From positions 112,255-176,254 of the IMG/VR virus record IMGVR_UViG_3300025133_000027: 64,000 bases of DNA; one strand, written 5' to 3'. This DNA comes from a virus. Positions within the stretch are counted from its first letter, which is position 1. Each line of letters opens with the position of its first letter. Made by a program: the position numbers and the translations under genes. The notes beneath the pieces were generated by a model. It did not search any database and was not told the origin of the DNA. It saw nothing but the letters and a program-made list of their open reading frames with translations. Below, piece after piece: positions 28,489 to 37,705 of the stretch.

Positions 28489-28759
28489 TTTAAAGAACCA
28501 AGGTCCTTTGAAAAAAGTTGGCGATACTCTTGGGCACTTCATAGGCGAAAATTATGTAACCATAGAAGGAAAACGTTACCCACTCTTTAAGGATGCACGA
28601 CCACACCAGTTTAGCTCAATAGCATTCCCGATAATAACAAGAGCATTTCCACCACAACTGAGAAACAGCCTTGTTTCAGTTCAACCAATGAGTGTTCCAT
28701 CTGAACAGATTTTTAAAATGGATTTCAAATACACAAACAAGGAAGAAGACGATGAGTGA
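28481..28759 (+). CDS. Small protein with a copy of the capsid N-terminal (Gol-equivalent) segment
   Basis: 24/41 identity to capsid residues 72-112; alternative start at 28418. Confidence 0.75.
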   Translation: MNNLKNQGPLKKVGDTLGHFIGENYVTIEGKRYPLFKDARPHQFSSIAFPIITRAFPPQLRNSLVSVQPMSVPSEQIFKMDFKYTNKEEDDE

Positions 28760-29006
28760 ACGAGATTTTGTATACTGGCTTCAAGGATATCTTGAAGTTA
28801 GTAATGCTAATGAATTAGATGAGTCACAGCTACAAATAGTTAAGGATCACCTAGCCTTGGTCTTAAAAAAAGTAACACCAGAATATGATGGGAATAGGTT
28901 CGTAAACAACCTCGCTAGACTAAGAGGGGAAAGAGATGCGAAGCTTTGTAGCAACGCAGAACTAGAGGAAATAGGTAATGCTCTTCCAGCTCAATTAACA
29001 TGCTAA
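28752..29006 (+). CDS. Hypothetical phage protein
   Basis: F.YWLQG..E...Q...IV.DHL.LV motif. Confidence 0.7.
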   Translation: MSERDFVYWLQGYLEVSNANELDESQLQIVKDHLALVLKKVTPEYDGNRFVNNLARLRGERDAKLCSNAELEEIGNALPAQLTC

Positions 29007-29015
29007 AGGAACCGA

Positions 29016-29978
29016 ATGAACCAACCAAATAGAATATTAATAATTGATGCATTAAACATGTATCTAAGAAGCTTCATTATCAATCCCACACTGACACCAT
29101 CTGGCGACCCTGCCGGTGGTGTTGTTGGTTTTATGAAGAGTTTACAAAAAACAATTAGGGAGATGCAACCAGATCAGGTGTATATTTGCTGGGATGGTCA
29201 GAGAGGCACCAATAACCGAAAGAACTTGAATAAAGACTATAAAGAAGGGCGTAAGCCCATTCGATTCAATCGAAGATTTGCAGAACTCAACGAAGAACAA
29301 GAGCTCCAAAATAAAATCTGGCAACAGCAGAGACTTATTGAGTATCTTAATGAAATGCCAGTTGCACAGTTGCTATTTGATGAAGCGGAGGCTGATGATG
29401 TTATCTCAGCCATCGTAGCAGATACTCCTGGCGTTGAAAAAGTGATTATTTCCATGGATAAAGACTTTTATCAACTCTTAGACAAAGAAACTATCATTTA
29501 TAGCCCAGTTCAAAAGAAGTTTGTGTCGGAAGTTTCTCTTTTGGAAGAAGAAAACATACACCCAGCCAATTTTGCACTAGCAAAAGCAATTGTTGGAGAC
29601 AAATCTGACAATATTCTTGGTGTTCAAGGTGTTGGAATGAAGACTCTAACCAAAAGATTCCCAATGCTAGCGGATCCTAACGCCCATACCATCTCGGAAT
29701 TGCTAATGAAAGCAAAAACAGTCGAGAAACCTTTAAAAATACACACGAATATTATTGAAAGTGAAGATCGAATACGAGAAAACTATAAAGTCGTGCAGTT
29801 GCATATCCCTTCCATTTCCCCAACAAGTAGGGGTACTATTAGGGGGGTACTAGGTGCGTATCCATACATGTTAAACAGGACCGAGATTACGAAAATGATG
29901 ATTCAAGACGGGTTTACCGATCTTAACTGGAATCCATTATTCGCAAATCTACAAAGAATAAGCTTAAATAACAAATAG
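29016..29978 (+). CDS. 5'-3' exonuclease/flap endonuclease (T4 RNase H-like)
   Basis: LIIDALN, WD, YK..R, EADD, S.DKDFYQL and GDKSDNI.GV.GVG.KT motifs. Confidence 0.93.
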   Translation: MNQPNRILIIDALNMYLRSFIINPTLTPSGDPAGGVVGFMKSLQKTIREMQPDQVYICWDGQRGTNNRKNLNKDYKEGRKPIRFNRRFAELNEEQELQNKIWQQQRLIEYLNEMPVAQLLFDEAEADDVISAIVADTPGVEKVIISMDKDFYQLLDKETIIYSPVQKKFVSEVSLLEEENIHPANFALAKAIVGDKSDNILGVQGVGMKTLTKRFPMLADPNAHTISELLMKAKTVEKPLKIHTNIIESEDRIRENYKVVQLHIPSISPTSRGTIRGVLGAYPYMLNRTEITKMMIQDGFTDLNWNPLFANLQRISLNNK

Positions 29979-29985
29979 GAATAAT

Positions 29986-30249
29986 ATGATTAAATATATT
30001 GATGAGAGCGATAAAGAACACCCAGAAGTTCATTGGGGGGTTTATGGTGATGTTAAGACTAACGAAATAGTTGTTATCGCTACTCTTGAAGGAAAAAAAT
30101 ACGAGAAACGGGAAAAAAGTCCAATTCTTCATCCTGCCATGATTGATCGAATTTTTGGCATAGACATAGCAGACGGAGATGTTGCTGCTAGGTTATCAAA
30201 TGAAATTTATGATGAAAGTCTTCAGACTCACTTAGAAAATAACAAATAG
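29986..30249 (+). CDS. Hypothetical protein
   Basis: 87 aa with AGGA RBS. Confidence 0.65.
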   Translation: MIKYIDESDKEHPEVHWGVYGDVKTNEIVVIATLEGKKYEKREKSPILHPAMIDRIFGIDIADGDVAARLSNEIYDESLQTHLENNK

Positions 30250-30257
30250 GAGGCCAT

Positions 30258-31673
30258 ATGAGCCATGAATTCGAGAAAGACTTTTCAAAATTTGGAAAGC
30301 TTTTCCAAGAGAAATTGGTTAAAATCATGTTCTATGAAAGACCATTTTTTAACCAATTTATGGAAGTGTTAAACATTAACTTCCTGGAAGTAAAATATCT
30401 ACAGAAATTTGTAGAACTAATGTTTGATTATAAAAATGAATACGGAAGCCACCCAACAGAAGACGCCATGACAATGCTCATGGCTTCGTCATTAGATGGT
30501 GAAAATAAAGTCCTAGATACGCAAATAAGGAACTTCTATGCAAGGATCCTATCTGCTTCCGGGGAAGAGTCTGACGCGGAATATGTGAAAAACACTGCTT
30601 TGGATTTCTGCAAGAAGCAAAAACTAAGAGAAGCTATGATTAAGTCAGCAGGACTTTTGAAGTCTTCCTCTTTTGATGAGATTGCTTCACTTGTAAATGA
30701 TGCTTTAAAACTAGGAATGTCTAATGATTTTGGTCATGATTATGTAGCTGATTTTGAAGAACGATATAAGACAAGTTTTAGAAATCAAATCACAACTGGA
30801 TGGGAACTTATCGATAAAATCACCAAAGGTGGACACGGAGCAGGTGAGTTGGGAGTAGTTATTGCACCAACAGGTGCCGGAAAAAGCATGTGTTTGGTGC
30901 ATTTAGCGACCAAAGCCCTTCTTGAGGGCAAGAATGTAGTGTATTATACATTAGAACTTTCTGAGGCTGTTGTTGGAAAGAGATTTGACTCTTGTCTTAC
31001 TCAGGTTCATCTTGGAGATCTGGAGCTTTTCAAGGAAGATATTAAGGAACAAGTCCTTGGCAACGCATCTCTTGGTAATCTTATTATTAAGCAATATCCA
31101 ACAAAAAAGGCGACAACCTCAACAATTAAGAATCACCTTGAAAAAGTAAGAAGTTCAGGCACAGATATTGAATTCGTATGTGTTGACTATGGCGATCTTT
31201 TAAGATCAGTGTCTTCGTATAAAGAAAAAAGACACGAACTTGAAGGCATTTATGAAGAACTAAGAGGTCTTGCAGTTGAGTTTGCTTGTCCTTTCTGGAC
31301 TGCTAGCCAGACAAATCGCGGTGCCTTGAATCAAGAGGTAATCACTATGGAAGCAATCTCGGAGGCATATAACAAATGTTTCCCTGCTGACTTCATTATC
31401 ACTATTTCTAGAACGATCGAAGATAAAAATAAAAACGCAGGAAAAATGTTTATTGCTAAAAATAGAAATGGGCCAGATGGGCTTATTTTTGAACTATTTA
31501 TGGATACCTCTAACGTTACTATTGAAGTTTTGGAGCCAGTTGAGACAACTATCGAGTCAACTACAACCAAGGCTACTGCCGAGAGAAAGACGGTTTTGGC
31601 GGCAAAGTATAAAGAATATCTTGAGAGCAAAAAAGAAAAAGTTGGAAATCAAAAAGAATCTAACTTTAACTAA
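30258..31673 (+). CDS. dnaB: Replicative helicase, DnaB/gp41-like
   Basis: APTGAGKS, YYTLEL, VDYGDLL, WTASQTNR and KNRNG motifs. Confidence 0.92.
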   Translation: MSHEFEKDFSKFGKLFQEKLVKIMFYERPFFNQFMEVLNINFLEVKYLQKFVELMFDYKNEYGSHPTEDAMTMLMASSLDGENKVLDTQIRNFYARILSASGEESDAEYVKNTALDFCKKQKLREAMIKSAGLLKSSSFDEIASLVNDALKLGMSNDFGHDYVADFEERYKTSFRNQITTGWELIDKITKGGHGAGELGVVIAPTGAGKSMCLVHLATKALLEGKNVVYYTLELSEAVVGKRFDSCLTQVHLGDLELFKEDIKEQVLGNASLGNLIIKQYPTKKATTSTIKNHLEKVRSSGTDIEFVCVDYGDLLRSVSSYKEKRHELEGIYEELRGLAVEFACPFWTASQTNRGALNQEVITMEAISEAYNKCFPADFIITISRTIEDKNKNAGKMFIAKNRNGPDGLIFELFMDTSNVTIEVLEPVETTIESTTTKATAERKTVLAAKYKEYLESKKEKVGNQKESNFN

Positions 31674-31676
31674 ACC

Positions 31677-31705
31677 TTGTTATTAAGTCGTAATGGGGGT
31701 AAACT
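31677..31705 (+). promoter_or_regulatory. sigma70-like promoter
   Basis: TTGTTA-N17-TAAACT upstream of the RNR gene. Confidence 0.45.
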
Positions 31706-31730
31706 AGTCCATATAGAATAAGGAGTATAA

Positions 31731-33587
31731 ATGGAATTATCAGCAGAAATATTAAGCAATATTACAACGCATATGAAATATGCAAAGTATTTGCCAATGG
31801 AATTAAGAAGAGAAAATTGGCAGGAACTTGTTTCTCGCAATGAAGAGATGCATGTTCGAAAATATCCACAAATTAAAAGCGAAATTAGAGAAGCTTATAA
31901 GTTTGTTTATGACAAGAAGGTGTTGCCTTCAATGAGAGCGATGCAATTCTCAGGTAAGCCAATTGAGATTACGCCAAGTCGTATATTTAATTGCGCTTAT
32001 TTGCCAGTAGATGATTGGAGAGCATTTTCAGAGACAATGTTTTTACTTCTTGGAGGAACAGGAGTTGGTTATTCGGTGCAAAAACACCATATTGAAAAAT
32101 TACCAGATATTATTCGCCCAAATGAAAAAAGAACCAGAAGATATCTAATTGGAGACTCCATCGAGGGTTGGGCTGACGCTGTAAAGATTTTAATGAGAAG
32201 TTACTTCTTTGGGGGCTCGAAAATTCGATTTGACTTTTCTGATATTAGAAAGAAAGGAGCTAGGCTTGTCACTTCAGGAGGAAAAGCACCAGGACCTCAA
32301 CCTCTCAAAGAGTGTTTATTAAAGATTGAAGGAATATTAGATGAAAAACAAAATGGTTCAAAACTTACAACACTGGAGACACACGATATTGTCTGTTATA
32401 TTGCAGATGCAGTTCTTGCTGGCGGGATACGAAGAGCAGCTCTTATTTCACTTTTTAGCGCTGATGATGATGATATAATTTCTTGTAAATCAGGAAATTG
32501 GTGGGAACTAAATCCTCAAAGAGGCCGAGCAAATAACTCGGCAGTCTTGTTAAGGCACAAAATAAATGAGCCTTTCTTTCTAAAGCTTTGGGAACGTATT
32601 AAGAATTCTGGTTCTGGCGAGCCTGGGATTTATTTTTCAAATGATAAAGATATGGGAACCAATCCTTGTTGTGAGATCTCGTTGAAGCCTCATCAATTTT
32701 GTAACCTTACAGAAGTAAATGCTAGTGATATTGTTTCACAGGAAGATCTTAACGAGAGAGTCCGAGTCGGAGCTTTTATCGGCACACTTCAAGCTGGATA
32801 TACCGATTTTCACTATTTACGTGAAAAATGGAAACGTAATACAGAAAAAGAAGCTCTAATCGGTGTATCTATGACAGGTATTGCTTCTGGTGAGGTTATC
32901 AAGCTTGATATGAAAGAGGCAAGCCAGGAAGTCAAGAAAGAGAATGCAAGAGTTGCAAATTTGATTGGCATCAATCGGGCAGCAAGAACGACTTGTGTAA
33001 AACCTGCGGGAACAACAAGTCTGGTTTTGGGAACTTCCAGCGGAATCCATGCTTGGCATGATGACTTCTATATCCGAAGACTTCGTGTTGGAAAGAATGA
33101 GGCAATTTATCATTACCTAGTAACAAACCACCCTTCTTTGATAGAAGATTGCGAAATGAGACCACATGATACTGGTATTATCAAAGTACCAATCAAAGCA
33201 CCTAGCGGTGCTATCACTAGAAGAGAGTCGGCTCTGCATCTTCTTGAGAGAGTCAAAAGAGTAAGTCTTGAATGGGTTCGAACGGGACACCGAAAAGGTT
33301 CAAATACAAATAACGTTTCTGCCACAATCTCAGTAAGAGAGCATGAGTGGGACGAAGTTGGTAATTGGATGTGGAATAATCGAAATTCTTATAATGGACT
33401 TTCAATTCTTCCGTTTAGTGACCATAGTTATGTTCAGGCTCCTTTTGAATCAATTACAGAACTAGAGTATAATGCCCTGTATACTAATCTTCAAAAAATT
33501 GATCTAAATTATGTCTTAGAACATGGAGATAACACTGATTTAAGTGGAGAAATTGCATGTGGAGCTGGTGGTTGTGAAGTAATTTAA
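31731..33587 (+). CDS. nrdJ: Class II (adenosylcobalamin) ribonucleotide reductase
   Basis: FNC, GGTGVG, GGIRRAA, TNPCCEI, FCNL, KPAGTTS motifs; C-terminal CGAGGC. Confidence 0.92.
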   Translation: MELSAEILSNITTHMKYAKYLPMELRRENWQELVSRNEEMHVRKYPQIKSEIREAYKFVYDKKVLPSMRAMQFSGKPIEITPSRIFNCAYLPVDDWRAFSETMFLLLGGTGVGYSVQKHHIEKLPDIIRPNEKRTRRYLIGDSIEGWADAVKILMRSYFFGGSKIRFDFSDIRKKGARLVTSGGKAPGPQPLKECLLKIEGILDEKQNGSKLTTLETHDIVCYIADAVLAGGIRRAALISLFSADDDDIISCKSGNWWELNPQRGRANNSAVLLRHKINEPFFLKLWERIKNSGSGEPGIYFSNDKDMGTNPCCEISLKPHQFCNLTEVNASDIVSQEDLNERVRVGAFIGTLQAGYTDFHYLREKWKRNTEKEALIGVSMTGIASGEVIKLDMKEASQEVKKENARVANLIGINRAARTTCVKPAGTTSLVLGTSSGIHAWHDDFYIRRLRVGKNEAIYHYLVTNHPSLIEDCEMRPHDTGIIKVPIKAPSGAITRRESALHLLERVKRVSLEWVRTGHRKGSNTNNVSATISVREHEWDEVGNWMWNNRNSYNGLSILPFSDHSYVQAPFESITELEYNALYTNLQKIDLNYVLEHGDNTDLSGEIACGAGGCEVI

Positions 33588-33596
33588 GTTAATTGG

Positions 33597-33632
33597 ATCC
33601 AAGGAGAATCACACATGTGATTCTCCTTGGAT
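33597..33632. terminator. Perfect 17 bp inverted repeat, terminator-like
   Basis: ATCCAAGGAGAATCACA-CA-TGTGATTCTCCTTGGAT. Confidence 0.75.
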
Positions 33633-33637
33633 TATTG

Positions 33638-33647
33638 ACTATTTATA
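33638..33647 (+). promoter_or_regulatory. Putative late promoter ACTATTTATA
   Basis: Exact motif right after the hairpin. Confidence 0.7.
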
Positions 33648-33671
33648 ATAAGAAAGGGGACATAAATATAA

Positions 33672-34124
33672 ATGGAAAATCTTCAAGCTAAAATAATTTT
33701 ACAAACACTAACAGACCTAGGTTTAAAAATAGATAAGTTTCAAGAAAACTTAGCATCAGATAGAGAAAGGATCGTTGCACTAGAGGTTGAAGAGCGTAGC
33801 AATCAAGAAAACAAGAAAACTTTTAATGAAATCACTTGGCCAAATTTAGAGGAAGAAGTTAGAGGGATAAAAGACAGGCTTGTTAAGATAGAAAAAGAGA
33901 CTGTTTCACTAAGAAAAATCGAAAATATTGAAAGTAAACTAACAACCGTACTAACTAAAATAGAAATTTGGATTCCAAGAATGGAAAAAATTGAAGAAAA
34001 ATTACCTAAGCTTGATGAAGTGAATTGGAAAATGAAGTTAATCTGGGCAGGTTCAGCAGCAGGTATATCATTTTTAACAGCTAGTGTTGTTGCTATTTTT
34101 CTTAAGATTGCTGGGTTAGGATAG
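33672..34124 (+). CDS. Late coiled-coil protein with a C-terminal TM helix (holin-like candidate)
   Basis: Heptad pattern plus a single terminal hydrophobic helix; late motif. Confidence 0.45.
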   Translation: MENLQAKIILQTLTDLGLKIDKFQENLASDRERIVALEVEERSNQENKKTFNEITWPNLEEEVRGIKDRLVKIEKETVSLRKIENIESKLTTVLTKIEIWIPRMEKIEEKLPKLDEVNWKMKLIWAGSAAGISFLTASVVAIFLKIAGLG

Positions 34125-34125
34125 C

Positions 34126-34154
34126 TTGACGTTTAAACCTCTTCGATGTATGAT
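34126..34154 (+). promoter_or_regulatory. sigma70 promoter
   Basis: TTGACG-N17-TATGAT. Confidence 0.75.
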
Positions 34155-34176
34155 TGGTGCATCTTGAGGAGGATAC

Positions 34177-35244
34177 ATGAAAGAGGCTTTGACCTATGAT
34201 GACTTATTATTACAACCACAATATTCGGATATTAAATCTCGCAAAGAGATTAATCTAAAACCTACAGATGTAAAACTAGGCGAAGATAGACAATTAGCAA
34301 TACCAATTATTAGTAGTCCCATGGATACTGTAACTGAGGCTGATATGTGTAATGCTATGGATGCTGCTGGTGGTCTTGGGATTATTCATCGTTATAATAC
34401 AGTAGAAGAGCAAACACGGATAGTGGGAAAGGTCGAAGATTCGGTATACTATGATGACTGGAATAAACCTATTACACCAAATTATGCTTGTGCGATCGGA
34501 GCAACTGGTGACTATTATGAACGTTTATGTTCTTTATATATGCGAGGTTGTCGAACTTTCTGCATAGATATCGCTCACGGTCATCACATTGTCATGAAAG
34601 AAGCATTAGCGAAAATTAAACTACATCCTGCTAGGAGTTATTTTACAGTAATTGCTGGTAATGTAGCAACTTCGGAAGGTGCTTGGGATTTGCAGTCGTG
34701 GGGAGCTGATATCGTTAAGGTTGGAATCGGTGGCGGATCTATCTGTTCAACGAGAATCGAGACAGGACACGGAGTTCCTAACGTAGAAGCTCTATCGCAA
34801 ATTGCAGATATGAGAAAAATACACAAGCTAGATTTTGGAATTATCGCTGACGGTGGAATTAAAAGCGCTGGTGATGTAGTTAAGGCACTTGCGCTTGGAG
34901 CTGACTATGTAATGCTAGGTTCGATGCTAGCAGGAACTGATGAAACGCCTGGGATAATCCATACTTCAAACAGTGGTAGAAAAATTAAAGAATATAGAGG
35001 GATGGCAAGCCCGGAATCACAACTTGCTTGGAAAGGCTCAGTCTCCTCAGAAGAGGGGATTGCAACTTATATACCAGCAAAAGGACCTGTCTCTAGGGTC
35101 TTGGAACATATTGACAAAGGACTACGTTCTGGGTTATCCTATACGGGAGCTAGGACAATTAAAGAACTTCAAACAAAAGCAAAGTTCATTCGACAATCGA
35201 ACTCCTCCAAGGTGGAGAGTTCGACACACATTTTAAACAAATAA
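34177..35244 (+). CDS. IMP dehydrogenase/GMP reductase family protein without CBS domains
   Basis: ALTYDD.LL.P, SSPMDTV, D.AHGH, KVGIGGGSICSTR, IADGGI and YRGMAS motifs. Confidence 0.9.
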   Translation: MKEALTYDDLLLQPQYSDIKSRKEINLKPTDVKLGEDRQLAIPIISSPMDTVTEADMCNAMDAAGGLGIIHRYNTVEEQTRIVGKVEDSVYYDDWNKPITPNYACAIGATGDYYERLCSLYMRGCRTFCIDIAHGHHIVMKEALAKIKLHPARSYFTVIAGNVATSEGAWDLQSWGADIVKVGIGGGSICSTRIETGHGVPNVEALSQIADMRKIHKLDFGIIADGGIKSAGDVVKALALGADYVMLGSMLAGTDETPGIIHTSNSGRKIKEYRGMASPESQLAWKGSVSSEEGIATYIPAKGPVSRVLEHIDKGLRSGLSYTGARTIKELQTKAKFIRQSNSSKVESSTHILNK

Positions 35245-35253
35245 GGAATATTA

Positions 35254-35535
35254 ATGAGTATTACAAACGCAGTGACGATTTCACCAGAATCAACAAAGAA
35301 AGAGCGAGCAATTGACTATATCAAGAGCATCTATGCCCTGGATCAAGCGATTGAGCCCTATCAATCACAAAAGAAAGAGCTTCGAAAGAGCTATGTTTCT
35401 AACGGATGGCTTGATGCTGAAGAGATTAAGAGTGCAATGAGAGTATATAGGCTCCTAAAGATTGATGCAGACTTTGAACAGCTTGCTGACTTCTATGAAG
35501 CAACTAAGGGAAATGTAACAGAAGAGGACGAATAA
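35254..35535 (+). CDS. T4 DsbA/GapR-like dsDNA-binding protein
   Basis: Coiled-coil followed by KELRK....G.LD...IK..MR..R pattern. Confidence 0.45.
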   Translation: MSITNAVTISPESTKKERAIDYIKSIYALDQAIEPYQSQKKELRKSYVSNGWLDAEEIKSAMRVYRLLKIDADFEQLADFYEATKGNVTEEDE

Positions 35536-35804
35536 TGAAGATTTATCCACAAAATGGATGGTTGCTTCTCAAAAGAGCCCTTAGCGATCATGATTTACAA
35601 ACGCTAGAATACACGAGTATGTTGCCACCATTAGAAAGGGTAGACCATTTTACTGTCGTTGGGGCTCCTGAAGACAATGAGGGCTATCATGTTGGTAATA
35701 AGGTTCTAGTATTGACACATGCAATCGAAGAACTAGAAATAGAGGGCGACCTTTATTACTTTGCTAAGGTTCAATCTATTATGGGGGTCTTACTCAATGA
35801 CTGA
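35535..35804 (+). CDS. groES: Divergent co-chaperonin GroES
   Basis: MKIYP....LL, VVG, VGNKVL and E.EIEG..Y......IMGV pattern. Confidence 0.7.
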   Translation: MKIYPQNGWLLLKRALSDHDLQTLEYTSMLPPLERVDHFTVVGAPEDNEGYHVGNKVLVLTHAIEELEIEGDLYYFAKVQSIMGVLLND

Positions 35805-36501
35805 TGACACTAAATATCTATACGGTGACAAGATTGGTAGAGTTGAACTTATCAACCACTGGGGAACTGACAAGATGGTTGTTAACGCAGCTAGGGTTAG
35901 TTTCGGTCAAGATAGCGATAAGCCCTTAGTTGCTAAGGATATCAAGCTTATTAAGTATCTTATCAAGCATAGGCATACTTCAACTCTTGAGCACTGTGGG
36001 GTGACTTTCAAGTTCACTGTTCCGCTATATGTCAGATCTCAACACCATAGACATAGAACATGGTCATATAACGAGATTTCTCGTAGGTATACATCTGAGG
36101 ATATTAGGTTCTATGAACCTAAAGCTTTCAGGACTCAACACAAGAGCAATCGACAAGCTTCGAATGAGGCCGAGTTGATAAACCCAGGCTGGGCTCCTCA
36201 CACGGCGTTCGTGTTGACAGATCGAATAAGTGAACACCACGAAGACTGCTTAGAATTATATGAAGGCTGTCTGAAACTGGGCATGTGTCGTGAGCAAGCA
36301 AGAGGTGTTCTTCCACAGAACATGTATACCCAATACTATGGAACTGTGAATATGAACAACCTAATGAAGTTCATATCCCTCAGAACACATGAGGGCGCTC
36401 AGTGGGAAATTCAAAAAGTAGCAGAGGCCTGTCTAGACTTTGCGAGAGAGCTCTGGCCTGAAACAATTAATGCATATGACGAGGTCCATAATGAGTCCTG
36501 A
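35797..36501 (+). CDS. thyX: Flavin-dependent thymidylate synthase
   Basis: AARVS, H.S.LEH, RHRTWSYNEISRRY, REQARGVLP and AQWEI motifs. Confidence 0.95.
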   Translation: MTDDTKYLYGDKIGRVELINHWGTDKMVVNAARVSFGQDSDKPLVAKDIKLIKYLIKHRHTSTLEHCGVTFKFTVPLYVRSQHHRHRTWSYNEISRRYTSEDIRFYEPKAFRTQHKSNRQASNEAELINPGWAPHTAFVLTDRISEHHEDCLELYEGCLKLGMCREQARGVLPQNMYTQYYGTVNMNNLMKFISLRTHEGAQWEIQKVAEACLDFARELWPETINAYDEVHNES

Positions 36502-36778
36502 ATTACAATTTGAAATCATATTAGACTTCTTCAATAAATTGCATAAGTCAGATCCGGTATTTACCGATAGTATTTTAAGGAGCCGACATTCTTTCAGTGT
36601 CGGTGAGGATGAACTTCCAGAAGACTTAATAGTCAGGATAGAAGATGATGAGATGAGCGCATCTGTCCTTGGAGTTTTCAACACTCTTCTTGAGAGGTTG
36701 CGAATTCCGAAACTTGCAGTTTCTGTCGATCTTGATACGGATGAAACTTTAAAGTATGTTAATTACACTGGAGGATAA
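36491..36778 (+). CDS. Hypothetical protein
   Basis: ATG 36491 with GAGG RBS. Confidence 0.65.
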   Translation: MSPELQFEIILDFFNKLHKSDPVFTDSILRSRHSFSVGEDELPEDLIVRIEDDEMSASVLGVFNTLLERLRIPKLAVSVDLDTDETLKYVNYTGG

Positions 36779-37002
36779 TGATGAAGCTATCTGATAAACT
36801 TGGCCTTTGGTTTGTTTTACTAGTTTTGGTGACAGTCTTTACTTGTTTTGTTTGGGGTATCTGCAATCACCACCAATCATCGGAAAGTTGTAAAAAAGTG
36901 TGTGCTCCGTATGCCTGGGAAGTATCAGGTCTCAGATGTTATTGCGGAAACAATAAACACTATACCTTTGAACGAAAGATGACTCATGTGAGGGTTAGAT
37001 GA
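36778..37002 (+). CDS. Small Cys-rich membrane-anchored protein
   Basis: N-terminal TM helix; C...C...CxC. Confidence 0.6.
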   Translation: MMKLSDKLGLWFVLLVLVTVFTCFVWGICNHHQSSESCKKVCAPYAWEVSGLRCYCGNNKHYTFERKMTHVRVR

Positions 37003-37172
37003 TAAACAAATGTAACTATTGTAATTTTTCATATGAAAAATCAAAGGATTATATTAAGCATTTAAACGAAAAACACATAAAATGTTTATGTGGAAAAGTC
37101 TTTGACAAGAACGACAGTTCAGATAATTTAGCACTTTGTAAAAAATGCAAGGAGAGTCAAAATGATAAGTAA
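36999..37172 (+). CDS. 57 aa C2H2 zinc-finger protein, not in the ORF track
   Basis: MINKCNYCNFSYEKSKDYIKHLNEKHIKCLCGKVFDKNDSSDNLALCKKCKESQNDK; ATGA overlap with the upstream gene. Confidence 0.7.
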   Translation: MINKCNYCNFSYEKSKDYIKHLNEKHIKCLCGKVFDKNDSSDNLALCKKCKESQNDK

Positions 37173-37449
37173 AAGAAAGATCCCGAGAATTAAAATGGTA
37201 GAGATTTTAGAAGGTAGCGCCGGCAAAGTCTTAAGCGATACACTCTACGATCATCATGACTGGACAGTAGAGCGTCGATTGATTTTTGAATTTGAAGGGA
37301 AGACCTGGAGAACTTATTATCAGGTTGGAGCAACTGAATATCAGGAAGCTCCTCCGTGGGAAGACCAAAAACAAGTTGGGGTTTGGGAAGTTAAAGAAGT
37401 AACCGTCCCCAAGAAAGATTGGATAATAGTATATACAGAGGATAAATAA
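37162..37449 (+). CDS. Hypothetical phage protein
   Basis: 95 aa, GATE.QE motif, GGAG RBS. Confidence 0.7.
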   Translation: MISKRKIPRIKMVEILEGSAGKVLSDTLYDHHDWTVERRLIFEFEGKTWRTYYQVGATEYQEAPPWEDQKQVGVWEVKEVTVPKKDWIIVYTEDK

Positions 37450-37703
37450 TGAAAACAGCAACAATTTTAAATAAAGATATGGTTAATGATAACCAGTGGT
37501 TGGTTAAAGTATCACCTCCACATGATGGACACGAGTTTATTGTAGTCAGTGTAGGAAATTCAGGCTTCAATGAGACTTATTTATTCGGAGCCAATGAGGA
37601 CGGAATCATTACAAATTGGATGGAATTGTCAGGTAGTCGAAAAGGATTTCGTGATCACAGAAGAGTTTTATGTGAAGCTGGCTTCATTATTTCGGAGGAT
37701 TAA
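37449..37703 (+). CDS. Hypothetical phage protein
   Basis: 84 aa, ETYLF.A...G....W.EL.GS motif. Confidence 0.7.
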   Translation: MKTATILNKDMVNDNQWLVKVSPPHDGHEFIVVSVGNSGFNETYLFGANEDGIITNWMELSGSRKGFRDHRRVLCEAGFIISED

Positions 37704-37705
37704 GA

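Noticed and set aside
28481-28759. gp24-like vertex protein or second capsid gene
   Set aside because: Only about 41 aa match the capsid protein, no further capsid homology was seen in neighbouring ORFs, and it lies in the replication operon.
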